Shown here piece by piece: positions 26,770-38,870 of a stretch of DNA of 64,000 nt. Location: the NCBI GenBank assembly GCA_951406725.2, contig OX597818.1, forward strand, positions 36,642,001-36,706,000, in the 5' to 3' direction. The position numbers and the translations under genes were made by a program. Within the stretch, counting starts at the first letter, position 1, and the number at the start of each line of letters is the position of its first letter. Source of the stretch: Octopus vulgaris. Lineage: Eukaryota. The notes under the pieces are model-generated. The model saw only the letters and a program-made list of their open reading frames with translations, had not been told where the DNA came from and searched no databases.

Positions 26770-27730
26770 TCTTGCCAAGTGTTCTCCCGACACCTAGCGC
26801 AAGGAAAATTACTACATTAAAATAAACACACTAGATTGTTCATTTACAAAGTCATGTGATATAAAAAGGGAAAGAAAGAAAGAAAGAAAAAGGGGAAAAG
26901 AAATTATAAATGAAAGAAACAGGGAAAATATGAAAAATAGAAAAAGAAAATAAAAGAGAGAAAGGGTAAAAAATTTCCAGGCAATAATGCTCTTCTCAAT
27001 AAACGTGACGTACCAGCTAAAACAGTCTTTTGCACTTCTTCCATGGATAGTAAGCCCGGGATCGTCCAAGAATAATTTTCAGTTCTTTTTTCGATCATTC
27101 CAAGAGCTCCTAGAATCATTGGTATTGTAACCGTCTTGTGATGCCAAATTTTTTAGATTTCAATCAGCAAATCGTTATATTTTCTGAGCTTATCAAATTC
27201 TTTTGCTGAGATATTATGATCACAAGGTATGCCCATGTCAATCAATAAACGAACTTTATTATTTTGGTCTTTCACAACAATATCAGGTGTATTAGCTTTG
27301 ATTATCCAGTCTCTATGTAGCGGAAAGTCAAAAAACTTCGTTACATTTTTTCCCTCAACTACAGACTCAGTGTGGTGCTTCTATCATTTGTCAGCAGTTT
27401 TGATTTTATAATGCCAACATATTAACCAGTGTGGTGGTGACCACCTTCGGTCAGACACTGACCATGTGTTTGCACCTAGAGAGTTACCCTCTGAGGTACA
27501 AGTCTGGGTAAGATTGTTTTATGGAAGACCAGCAGTCGCCTATGCATACCGGCCTCCCCTCTCCACGTCACCGATGTTGTCCAAGGGAAACGCAAGGGCC
27601 GATACAGCTTGGCACCTGTGACGTCGCACCTCATTTCTACGGCTGAGTGTACTGGAGCAACGTGAAATAAAGTGTCTTGCTCAAGAACACAACACAACAG
27701 TGTAGATATTGGCCAACTCGGTCATGTATT
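26770..27730 (-). pseudogene. R4/Dong-like 3' fragment interrupted by a SINE-like insert
   Basis: HDRVGQYLH (27700-27725), then KANTPDIVVKDQNNKVRLLIDMGIPCDHNISAKEFDKLRKY...IPMILGALG. Confidence 0.85.
27433..27697 (-). mobile_element. 5'-truncated CORE-like SINE inserted in the R4 fragment
   Basis: Minus strand tgtgttcttgagcaagacactttatttcacgttgct is shared with 46250-46285; possible cagtgt target duplication. Confidence 0.6.
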
Positions 27731-27740
27731 TCTTATCACT

Positions 27741-28309
27741 GAGTGAGAGGGCTGTGCAAGCCAGCAAAGTGACTCTGGGGTAAAATATACGAAGCCCAAT
27801 ATACCCATCATCACTACCCGTCTGATAAGGGCGCAGTAGGCACATACATCACACCCATATGTGCACCACACGATGATATCATATCAAGATCAAGAGCTCA
27901 TGACTTTGAGGCCCACTTAGAAGTTTCTTCAAGCCGAGTAGCCCATCCCGCTTAAAAGGCCCCTGAATGAGGGTTGTTCAAGAGTGTTGACGAAACACTA
28001 ATGTTTACAGAGGTGAATTATTCAAACCCCAGTGAATTCCTCTCAACACATGCCTATGACGCTCCCCCACTACTTCCGCTCGTTCTCAGAGATAAACATA
28101 TCGTCATCCACTCAACTGGTTATGGTCAAACAATTGACATACTCAACTGGTTATGGTCAAACAATTGACAAGTAAATCTGTGATACTGAGAAGAATATTT
28201 GCTGTAGGTCATCTTTTATACCAAGACAAAACAATTTAGATGACAATACTTCCAATCAGTTAAGATCAGATGCTCTGAGAGCCAGTACCTGGTACTGCAT
28301 CAGGGTATT
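27741..28309 (-). mobile_element. Repeat E, full copy
   Basis: Collinear with the other two copies; contains an internal ~30-bp tandem duplication (actcaactggttatggtcaaacaattgaca). Confidence 0.85.
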
Positions 28310-28323
28310 TAGTATTATTATTA

Positions 28324-28433
<110 letters not shown>

Positions 28434-28987
28434 GAGTGAGAGAGCAGTGCATGCCATCAAAGTGGCACTGGGGGAAATATACGAACCCCAATATACCTAT
28501 CATCACTACCCGTCTGATAAGGGTATACCAGGTGCTTGCATCAAAACCACATGTGCACAACATGGTGATCTCATATCAAGATAAACAGCGCATGACCTTG
28601 CAGGTGAGGCCCAGTTAGAATTTTCTTCAGGTCGAGTAGCCCATACCGCTCAGAAGGTCCTTGAATAAGGGTTGTTTAAGGATGCTGAACGAAACACTCA
28701 TGTTTCCAAAGGTGAATTATCCAAACACCAAAGAATTCCTCTCAACATATAGTTACGATGCTACCCCACTACTGCTCGTGATCAGAGATACACATATCAT
28801 CAGCCACTAAGGGACATACTCAACTGGTTAAGGTCAAACAACTGACAAGTAAATCTGTGGTATCGAGCAGAATATTTGTTGTAGACCATCTTTTATACCG
28901 AGTCAAAACAATGTACGTGATAACACTTCCAATCAGTTAAAATCAGAAGCCATGAGAGCCACTGCCTGATACTGCATCAGGGCATTT
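28434..28987 (-). mobile_element. Repeat E, full copy
   Basis: Tandem to the previous copy across a ~120-bp (TTA)n tract. Confidence 0.85.
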
Positions 28988-29277
28988 CTTCTTCTTCTTA
29001 TCATCATCATCATCATCATCAACAACAAGAACATCATCACCATCATCATCATTATCATCATATTTTTTCCTTCTTCAAATTTTCTTCTGTTTCTCGCTGA
29101 ATGTTTTCCGTACACCTAGGGCAGAGAAGCTCATTGTATGCATTCCCAGATTACACACACAAATTCACAGGTAAAATATGTATTTTAAAAAATTCATAAA
29201 TAAATAAATTCATGAATGGATGTTGTTTTCACAGTTGACACGATTTATTATTATTATATTTATTATTATTATTATTA

Positions 29278-29314
<37 letters not shown>

Positions 29315-30419
29315 CATTTCAGAGACAAACAACAGATGTGCCTAAAAGAGAATCTTCACAAGCTGCCTATGAAACTTCTTCTCACAAACACTTCATTCCA
29401 TATAATCGTTCTCATCTGTAAAACCTCAATATCCAAGTAAGTACACCAAATTGGACATATCGTAAAGCTGGTATATTACCACATCATTTATTGTATGCAT
29501 CGCTTTATCTTGTTTTTCTATTATTAACGTTGGACGAAATGCCTCGTAGTACTTGGCTATGGTGTTTTTGCGTTCGGATTCGGGTTTCGGATTTGCGTTC
29601 AAATTCTGGTTGTGTCAAATTACCATTCACCCTTCTGGGATTACTGCCGCTGTGGCTGTGGTTGTTGTATTTAGCCCCAGGACAACTTTGAGCTAACCTC
29701 TGAACGTAGCTGTTTTATACATTTTTTTTTATATTTAAGGTAGTCTTAGACATAGTATTTCTATGACTGCATTGACCAGTGTATCCAGTAGTGTAGTGTC
29801 TCACCAGCGTCCGGCACTGTAGTTGGCTTACCAGCGATGCAATAAGTGCCAGCCAAATGCTGGCACCAACAATACTCTACAAGTCTACATCTTTAAATAT
29901 ATAGCATTAAGATTTCGTAGCGAAAAATGACGGCGATCATTAGATCGTCTGTGAAAAGGCTTCGCAGCATTCATATCGGACCTTTCGATAAAATCCCGCC
30001 GAGGTTAACATTACATCTCATTTTTTCGAAGTCGATAGAATGAAGTAGTTGTGAAATAGTGAGGTCAAAAGCATCGACTGTAATCCTTCCCCTCCCCTCA
30101 AAATGATTGAACTTATACCTAAGTAAAAAAGTAAGAGATTTTAGGGAGAAGTTATGATCTTAGTTTTGAGGTTACAGGATGCTTAGTATTTGATGTTCTT
30201 GACAAAAATATTATCATTTTTCTACTTTATTCCACCGACCTTTTGGACTTTTCTGCAGGCTCATGCATACAGATGCACACACACATACTCAAATGTATGT
30301 ATATATAGATATGCATATTCACATATATATATACTCGTAATTTGTTTCACTACACGGTAAATTTACGCGTTCCTGTTCGACTGTATGTTATTTGCATATA
30401 CTTATATATATGAATATAC

Positions 30420-30470
<51 letters not shown>

Positions 30471-30522
30471 TGTATGTATGTATGTATGTATGTATGTATG
30501 TATGTATGTATGTATGTATGTA

Positions 30523-30568
<46 letters not shown>

Positions 30569-30574
30569 CATACA

Positions 30575-31094
30575 TATTAAAGGTTTCAAAGAAATGGAAC
30601 AGAAAATTTTATTTCACAAGGTTACAGCAAATGTTTAATGTGTAAACTATCATTTGCAATACAGTTACGACATCGTCCAATTATTAAATCAGCTACTTTT
30701 TTGCACACCTCCGGCGTAATATCTTGCCATGCATTCATCATGCTCTGTTTCAGATCATTCAGATTTTGGGGGATTACGCTGAACACCTTATTTTTTAGTA
30801 CTCCCCAGAGACTCTCCGAGGGGTTGAGGTCTGGGGACCTTACAGAACATTCGCGTGTCCGCGGCGGCCTATTCATCTGCCCGGAGCGGAAAATGTTCAT
30901 CAAGCCAGTTTCGAACTGTTAGACCATAAGGAGCAGGGGCACAATCCTACTGAATGTACGAATCAGCATAATTTTCATATTGAGAGACTGTAGGCCACAA
31001 ATTTTCCTTTAGCATTTTTAGATATGATTGGGCCATCACTATACTATCAAAGAAAAATATTCAGTAAGGTTTGGTTACTTCTGGGCCAACCTGT
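30575..31094 (-). pseudogene. Internally deleted Tc1/mariner element, transposase C-terminus
   Basis: Minus strand: YIQ*DCAPAPY (QQDGAP-like) and RSPDLNPSESLWGVLKNKVF..PQNLNDLKQSM; TIR-like tacaggttggcccagaagtaacc at 31094. Confidence 0.8.
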
Positions 31095-31108
31095 ATATAC
31101 ATACATAC

Positions 31109-31160
<52 letters not shown>

Positions 31161-31163
31161 TTT

Positions 31164-31292
31164 ATAATCTCTGACGAAGCCTAGAGAAATACCCAAGTAC
31201 CTCAATTTCATCTACCAATTACTTCAGTCTACTTGAATAATAAAGATAGAAAGAGGTATGTTTACGTCATGACTGAAACAGCTGTAAGTTAT
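31164..31292 (+). ncRNA. Type I hammerhead with a ~95-nt stem II domain
   Basis: ataatct-CTGACGA-ag...ct-GAAAC-AGCT-GT-A-agttat; inner helix tacctc/gaggta. Confidence 0.6.
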
Positions 31293-31496
31293 TTTCCCAA
31301 TTTATATTCATGTATGATATTTTATAATAATTACTTGTATCCTTATATATTAATATATTTTATATCTTATATGTAAAGCATATGTTATACATGTATCTAT
31401 ATTATTGTAATTATCAGTTTAGTAAATAAATCAATGAGTTAACATAATATAATGTCTAAAAGTTGATGAACCACCTATTGATCCCCTCCATTTTCT

Positions 31497-31545
<49 letters not shown>

Positions 31546-31559
31546 TATATATATGTATG

Positions 31560-31591
<32 letters not shown>

Positions 31592-31619
31592 TGTATGTAT
31601 GTATGTATGTGTGTATGTA

Positions 31620-31700
<81 letters not shown>

Positions 31701-31753
31701 GTATGTAAACAAAGTTAAATTTGTTTTTGAAGCTTTGAAATGTATAGTAGAGC

Positions 31754-31933
31754 AAGTAGAAAGATATATTTTTTCAACACGTAAATACTGAACAGTATAT
31801 ATAAAGGATAAAATCCTTTTAAGAGCAGAAATACTTGCTGGTTGCCGGCAAATTTTTCTGTTCTTGAAAGGTTTTTATCCTTTATATATTATTGTTCAGT
31901 ATTTACTTGTTGAAAGAATATATCTTTATACTT
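31754..31933. repeat. ~180-bp imperfect AT-rich hairpin (MITE-like)
   Basis: aaagatatattttttcaacacgtaaatactgaaca...agaaatacttgc pairs with gcaaatttttctgttc...tgttcagtatttacttgttgaaagaatatatcttt. Confidence 0.75.
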
Positions 31934-32414
31934 ATATAGTATTTACTAACTGAGTAAGGACTTGCTCCTTCCCTCAAAATGTGTGACCTTGTTCCGAAAT
32001 CAGAATCCTTAATAATCATTATTATTGCTGTTGTTTTTGTTGTTCGTCATATTATTATTTTTCGTGGGGTTTTCCTGGGGTAAATTATGAGCTTTGTTTG
32101 GACATTCCCGGATTTCCGAAGACAGCGCCATTCGATTCAATGGCACCACATTATCAATAAAAAAAAACAGTGTTATAAAAATATCGTCAAAATCCATGCT
32201 AGTTTATTGTACGGATTAAAGAAAATATTCTGGAAATTAACGTGGTTGAGCTGCAAATTATTAGAAAACTGGAATATGCTGTAGTATATTTTAGAACTGA
32301 GATTTATTAACTTCTCTTGTAATGTCTATTCAATTAGTCATATCCAAAGATTTTGGTCGAATTGATAAAGATATAGGAAGACAGAGAAAGAAATAGATAG
32401 GTGGTTAAGAAGGC

Positions 32415-32467
<53 letters not shown>

Positions 32468-33221
32468 CATACATACATACATACATACATACATACATAC
32501 ATACATACATACATACATACATACATAGCACTCTGAGGATTTTACAGGTATACTTTTAAGAGGCTTCGAGAGATATGATGAAGACAATATTTGACTAGAA
32601 TCTGTGAAAATTTATTTAAGATAAAGGAAATAATGAGGAAAAGTTAAATATTCTGCTCTTTTGTATCTGTATTATGCCAAATAGAACCGCAGTTTGTTAG
32701 AGAATACAGCAATTCGATTGAGTTTAAACTTGTCCGACTAGACAAACAGCATTTGTTGGTCGGCCAAACTCAATGATATTGAAGATTGATCAGTCTTGTT
32801 TTGAAATGAAGCAATTAAGTATGTTTCTATAGTTTAGCTGATGAGAGTTAGTTAACACTGACGTGTAGGGCCATTGTTTAGATTTACAAGATCCTGTTAC
32901 AGTATATATTTAGGAGTATGTCATATTGAAAACAGACAAACTGTGTCAAATCATAGCTTACGACCGCTGTACTAGCAAAGGTAATGCCTCAGATCAGACA
33001 TGCATTATTTGATGCCTAATTTTAGTGAAATATGTTTTTAAAAAGTCCAATTAGAAAAATTGTTATTGTACACGTAATTACTATGGCAGTCGACTGATAG
33101 ATTCGTTACATCAGAGCTTCAGACTAATCTCCACTGAGAGTCGTTCCAGCTCCTTGCATTTTGTGTTCAAATTACGCTGAGGTCAACTTGCCTTTTCCAG
33201 ATGTGGTATCATCCCCAACAA

Positions 33222-33455
33222 GGCGGCGAGCTGGTAGAAACGTTAGCACGCCGGGCGAAATGCGTAGCCATATTTCGTCTGCTGTTACGTTCTGAGTTCA
33301 AATTCCGCCGAGGTCGACTTTGCCTTTCATCCTTTCGGGGTCGATAAATTAAGTACCAGTTACGCACTGGGGTCAACGTAATCGACGTAATCCGTTTGTC
33401 TGTCCTTGTTTGTCCACTCTATGTTTAGCCCCTTGTGGGTAGTAAAGAAATAGGT
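33222..33455 (+). mobile_element. SINE family B, full length
   Basis: Full match; ends aaagaaataggtat. Confidence 0.92.
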
Positions 33456-34421
33456 ATCATCTCTATTCTAGTACGAGGAATGACTCTCTCTCTCTTTCTC
33501 TCTCTCTCTTTCTGTATCTCTTTCTCTCTCTCTCTTTATCTCTCTCTCTTTTCTCTCTCTCTTCTCTCTCTCTCTCTTCCCTCTCTCCCGCTCTTTCTCT
33601 AACACACATACACACACGTTCTCTCTATCTCTGCCTCTCACTTTCTTACACGCAAACTCACACACACAACTTCTCTCTCTCTCTCTCTCCTCTTCTTCTC
33701 CGTGAAAGAGTCATTATGGACGTCCACTCATAGTATCCCTTTCATTCACAAAAGATAGAGTGTGAGCCATGTGCTAACAACCTTTTCCCTCACAGAATAC
33801 TACATAAAACCGTCCTAAAGTCCTGTACAGTATAGTTGATGTCGACAGATCGATCCATTGTACAATGCGAAACGCTATTATAAAAATACTTAATCAACAT
33901 AATGACAGCATACATCATTAATACGAATGTGTCGGAGAAATAACAATTATAAATAGCTTTTCTGCCCTTGCAATATATTCAAGGACAATATTAAATATAT
34001 TACTTTGAAGAAGCCATTTGCTGACTGTAGAAAGGTATTTTAGCGAGTTGTTGCAAAATAACATCAAGCATACTCATAGTAATAATAGGTTTAATTATTA
34101 CAATTAATAATTATTTTGTAATCTTGGCACAAGGCCAGCAATTTTAAGGAGAGAGGGCAAGTCTGTTTAACCGGTCTCCGTACTTGACAGGTCTCTGTAC
34201 TTGACGTCATTTTATTAATACTGAAAGGACGAAAGGCAACGTCTACCTCGGTGGAATTTGAACTCAGAACGTAAAAGCTGCAAGAATATAATGAATAATA
34301 ATTTCTAATAAATTTTATATTTTTCGTTTTTTTTTCTATTTATTTTTTAAACAACTAGGCGGTTTTTATATAGATTTTTCGTAGTATCTGAGAAAAAAAA
34401 CAGACATAAATCCGTATCATA

Positions 34422-34634
34422 AAAATTGTTCGAAAGCAATTATTTGAAAAGCAGTTATTCGAAATAAATATCACTTGTGTACTTGGGTTTTCATTTTATC
34501 GTTTTTGTTTATTAAATAAAATAAAAAATTAAGAATAATTAACATTTCGTATAATTGTCCTTTTAAATAATTTTCATTCATACAATTCTTCATTCGAATA
34601 AATGTTTTTCGAATAATTGTTTTCGAACAATGTT
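34422..34634. repeat. Small foldback element with reiterated TTCGAA motifs
   Basis: ttgttcgaaagcaattatttgaaaagcagttattcgaa is inverted against ttcgaataaatgtttttcgaataattgttttcgaacaa. Confidence 0.55.
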
Positions 34635-34820
34635 CGCATAATCATATAAATCACTGCAATAAATCTCATCAAGTCTGTGTCTTTAGAAACACAGGACGTT
34701 TTTTTTTAATACTTTTCTCAGTATTCGTCAGATCGTTTGTATGGTACTCTCATTGCACGACGTTTTCGTATGACATCGTGAGAACGTTTTGGTGTGTTTA
34801 GCCCTGTGTTTTGGTGCCCA

Positions 34821-35251
34821 GGATCTTTTCGGTTTGAACGGCAGTTTTTTAAAATAATTTCCACGTAACTAAACACTTTTAAACTTCGTATACTGTTAGA
34901 ATATGTTTATAAAGCATCTTTTTCTCTTGGCTTTATTGAGAAAATTCTATAATTTGTAAGATATTTGTTGTTTTATTTCTTCAATTTCTGCAATTTCAAC
35001 CAATCAATGACGTCTATTGAGGTGAAAACATTCTGTACCGTATGAATATGTCCCTCGTTTAAGAAACAGATTGGGTTTGTTTACATTTCTGAATAAAAAA
35101 GATACCCTTCCCCCCACCCCTAACCCTAACCCTAACTAACCCTACCCCTAAAATAGATTGAAATGCAATAGATCGATACTAGGGTCATAATTATGGGTGA
35201 TAATTTCATATGACACCGCTAGAAAAACTACCGTTTAAACCGAAAAGATCC
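34821..35251. mobile_element. MITE with ~28-bp TIRs and 8-bp TSD (Merlin-like)
   Basis: TIR ggatcttttcggtttgaacggcagtttt; TSD ggtgccca/ggtgtcca; second copy at 46716-47137. Confidence 0.85.
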
Positions 35252-35289
35252 GGTGTCCATTTCGTTCCATTCCTTTCTTGATAATCATT

Positions 35290-35890
35290 GATTTTAAGTT
35301 AACCACAGTGGCCCACATTTCAAGAGGGGTACAACACACACATACAACCATCGCCAGAAGATTAATGGGCAAAGTATAGACCAGCGGTAGTTGAATACAA
35401 CATTTAAACGTATGCAACGAAATATTACAAGCAGAGGCACACATTTTCACAGAAGAACACACGCCCGAGAAGTTGAACACAGTCACTGGGACCAGCAGGA
35501 TTTGAACCTGGCATTTAAACGCATGCAACAAAGTACTGCAAGTACTCTCCCCCCACCTTCTTCAAGAACAAACACACCCACGGGAATTAGAACAGAGACA
35601 CTGGGATAAGTGGGATTTAAACCCTAAATTTCTATGTATTCAACAAAATATTGCAAGCAAACCCCCAATACTTTACAGACAGACACATCCCCGGGAGATA
35701 GAAGAGAAACGTCGAGACCAGCGGGATTTTAACTTGGCATTTAAACGTATGCTTCTCATACAAACATACCCCCGGGAGGTAGAACACAGGATCTGGGGTT
35801 AGCGGGATTTGAACCTGGCATTTATATGTATGCAACAAATACACTGCATGTAAACTCCCAATTCTTCACAGACAAACACACCCCGTGATG
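35290..35890. repeat. Degenerate ~110-115-bp tandem repeat (about 5 units)
   Basis: Recurrent gaccagcgggatttgaacctggcatttaaacgtatgcaacaaa motif near 35380, 35490, 35605, 35716 and 35800. Confidence 0.75.
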
Positions 35891-36189
35891 TACAACACTG
35901 CAAGGTGATTTGAGTGTATTTACACCATTTGTCTGTAGCGAGAAATTTTCTCCTTGACAAAACAGTGAATGCTTTTTTTACAAGTCCGAACGTGCTTACA
36001 AGTCCGAACTAATAATAACATTCCATACGTATATATATAGTGGGAGCGCATGGCCTTGTGGTTAAGGTGTTGCACTCACGATTCACCTTGCCTATAGTAA
36101 GCTACCGGACAAACTGAAAGAGTGAATAATACGCTCTTGCAGCACTATACCTGGAAGTTAAAGCAGCTGCTCAGCAATTCAAGCGTAGA

Positions 36190-36680
36190 TGGAATATATC
36201 TCGACCTTGCAAACCCTTTCAGAAAGTAAATCATGGTATGATATGTGACAAGCTGTGTAATCTTCGCATAGTCAGAAAACTTGGAGAATGGTTACATGAC
36301 TTCCTAAAAGATAGAAGTGAAGTAGCTAACGGGGCCACCTCCGAGGAAACATAAATAGTGTTGTGTTCCACAAGGCACTGTCTTGGGGTCGCTGATACTC
36401 ATAGTGGCCCTATCAGACATGACCTCAGCTGCTCAGATAGCCATCTTTGCTAGCTGTCTAAATGACACAAAAGTATCTCAAAGAGTAGAGAACCCTGAAG
36501 ACGTTGTGCTTCTGCAGCGGGAGCTGGACGCAATATGCAGGTGGTCTGAGGAAAATAACATATAGTTTAATGCTGAAAAATTCCAAGCCCTGCACTTCCA
36601 ACAGAAAAAGCTCAATGAAAATCAAACAAGATACACTGGGTCAAGAGAGATTGCGATCCTTGAACCAAAATCAGTGCCCC
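36190..36680 (+). pseudogene. CR1/L2-type LINE reverse transcriptase fragment
   Basis: DLAKPF-QKVNHG, LGEWLHDFLKDR, VPQGTVLGSLILIVALSD, NDTKV, LQRELDAICRWSEENNI*FNAEKF; contains stops and frameshifts. Confidence 0.88.
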
Positions 36681-36882
36681 AACTGAAAGTAGATTATATA
36701 TATATATATATATACATATTGTTCAGAAAAATTGTTATGAGACTAGGATATTTTCTTAATTTTCTGAACATGAAACCAATGGTATCCCTAATTCATTCAC
36801 AAATAATGAAATTATATCTACCAATGCAGTATTGAGTACACATTTTCATTGTTCGACATTTACGTATATATATATATGTATG

Positions 36883-36916
<34 letters not shown>

Positions 36917-36947
36917 TGTATGTATGTATGTATGTATGTATGCGTGT

Positions 36948-37112
36948 GGGCGATTTTTTTCCTCCGTCTTCCTTTTCTCTTGGACTTTCCCTGTCTCCTG
37001 TCTCTGAAGAAGAGCTTTGCACCAAACGTAAAACTACCTTTGAGCGTTGTTAATACTCTGCATGTACCACGTACTCGAATTATTTGTTTTTCCTGGTGTT
37101 TTTTTTCTTCAT

Positions 37113-37115
<3 letters not shown>
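36948..37115 (+). mobile_element. Small TA-embedded element with a decayed minimal hammerhead
   Basis: Homologous to 62603-62790 (ggcgattttt..ctccgtcttcc); CTGAAGA-agagc-ttt-gcac-cAAACGTA at 37004-37030. Confidence 0.65.
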
Positions 37116-37206
<91 letters not shown>

Positions 37207-37209
<3 letters not shown>

Positions 37210-37690
37210 AATGAATGTTTTTATATATAATGAACGTGAAATACAGGAAGGGACGAACACGGAACACAGACAAATCATTCGGAGCCTTCAATCTTCAGTC
37301 AGACACCGAATCATCATAGCAAATTTCGGCTGTTCAATTCTGATATTTGCTCCAACTCGGCCAGCCCCAAGAAAAAAAACTAAGCTGTAAGCATTAGATT
37401 TCTTGGTAGAAGACAGGAATGTGAACGCACAAGACGGATGTAAATACAAGAGACGAAAACGAAATTGAAAACAGTAATGAATAAACAAAATATATATAAC
37501 GGTGGTTGTCATACGACTTTAGACCAAATGAGACAGAAACAACAACAACATAGCAGCTGGCGTAGAAATAATTACCGTTTCGGTAGCGGGGACACATGTT
37601 GGTCGAGATACGATGGCCAACAGAATGGTTAAGAAGCAGCAGGTTGCAGGAGAGAGAGAGAAAGAGAGACAGAGAGAGAGGGAATCAATA
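37207..37690 (-). mobile_element. Permuted-hammerhead element, copy A
   Basis: TA-flanked; shares a structured domain (37276-37421) with 59078-59218 and 63102-63248. Confidence 0.75.
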
Positions 37691-38527
37691 TATATCGACG
37701 GCCCTGGCTTAAGGCCTTCTCTTCCTCAACATGGACTATAGCAAAACCAACTGCACTATAGACAGCATTACCTTTAAATAGTACAGAAACTAGCAGTTCG
37801 AAGGAATATTTAAACACTGCTCTTTGCATGAAACTTGACCGAAGGATCGCCACCACTCTAATTGCGGGAACCCTGAAGAGCTTTGGTTTACGTCGATCCA
37901 TGACTCAAATCGAAAGGAAAAGTAGCGAATTCATTCGTTCCTATGCTTTGATTAAACTACAAATTGGATTATTAGGCCATATATTCAAAGAAGAGACTAA
38001 AACACAAAAAGGCGAAAAAGGAACCAGTGGCTCAATGGAATCCGAGAGGGTCGTGGTGAGCTGTGAGAGAGGAAAATAACAAAACAGATGTCACCTCTTT
38101 GGAGAACTGTGAGCTCAAGGAGAACAACAGCAGCAAAGCAAAGGTCCAGCAGGAAAAGCATAAGCCAAAGACGAAGATGAAAGTACGAACGAACAAGCTG
38201 AGGATGGCTACAAGTCCAAGGCGAACGCAAAATCAATGAGGTAGAAATTGCGAAGAAAAGGGCTCTGGAATAAAGAAGGCCTATTCAGTCTGTAAGTTCT
38301 ATACAATGGGTACCTACTGGAATGAAGATATTGGGACACGTTGTAGATTTACTCGGAAAACAGTCTACGAGTAAAAAAAAAACAACTCCACAAGGATCAA
38401 CGAGGACACAACCCCAGGTCACAAAACGTGATGCCTTCACCTTGGAAATATATGATTGATGCACACGCTGCTCCTAAGAGGAAACAATATGTAGGCGCAG
38501 TGCAGATAGCAGGTGCAGAACAACGGT

Positions 38528-38870
38528 CTTCTTTATTGCCCACAAGGGCAAAAAAGGGGCAAAACATAGAGAGGACAAACAAGGACAGACAAACGGATTA
38601 AGTCGATTACATTGACCCCAGTGCGTCACTGGTACGTAATTTATCGACCCCGAAAAGATGAAAGGCAAAGTCGACCTCGGTGGAATTTTAACTCAGAACG
38701 TAACCGCAGACGAAATACCTATTTCTTTACTAACCACAAGGGGCTAAACACAGAGGAGACAAACAAGGACAGACGCACGGATTAAGTCGATTACATCGAC
38801 CCCAGTGCGTAACTGGTACTTATTTAATCGATCCCGAAAGGATGAAAGGCAAAGTCGACCTCAGCGGAAT
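38528..38870 (-). mobile_element. SINE family B dimer, head truncated
   Basis: Two units with the aaagaaatag|gtatttc junction at ~38718. Confidence 0.88.

Noticed and set aside
35115-35150. Telomere or telomere-fusion relic
   Set aside because: The short CCCTAA-like run is an internal part of a MITE, also present in the copy at ~46820.
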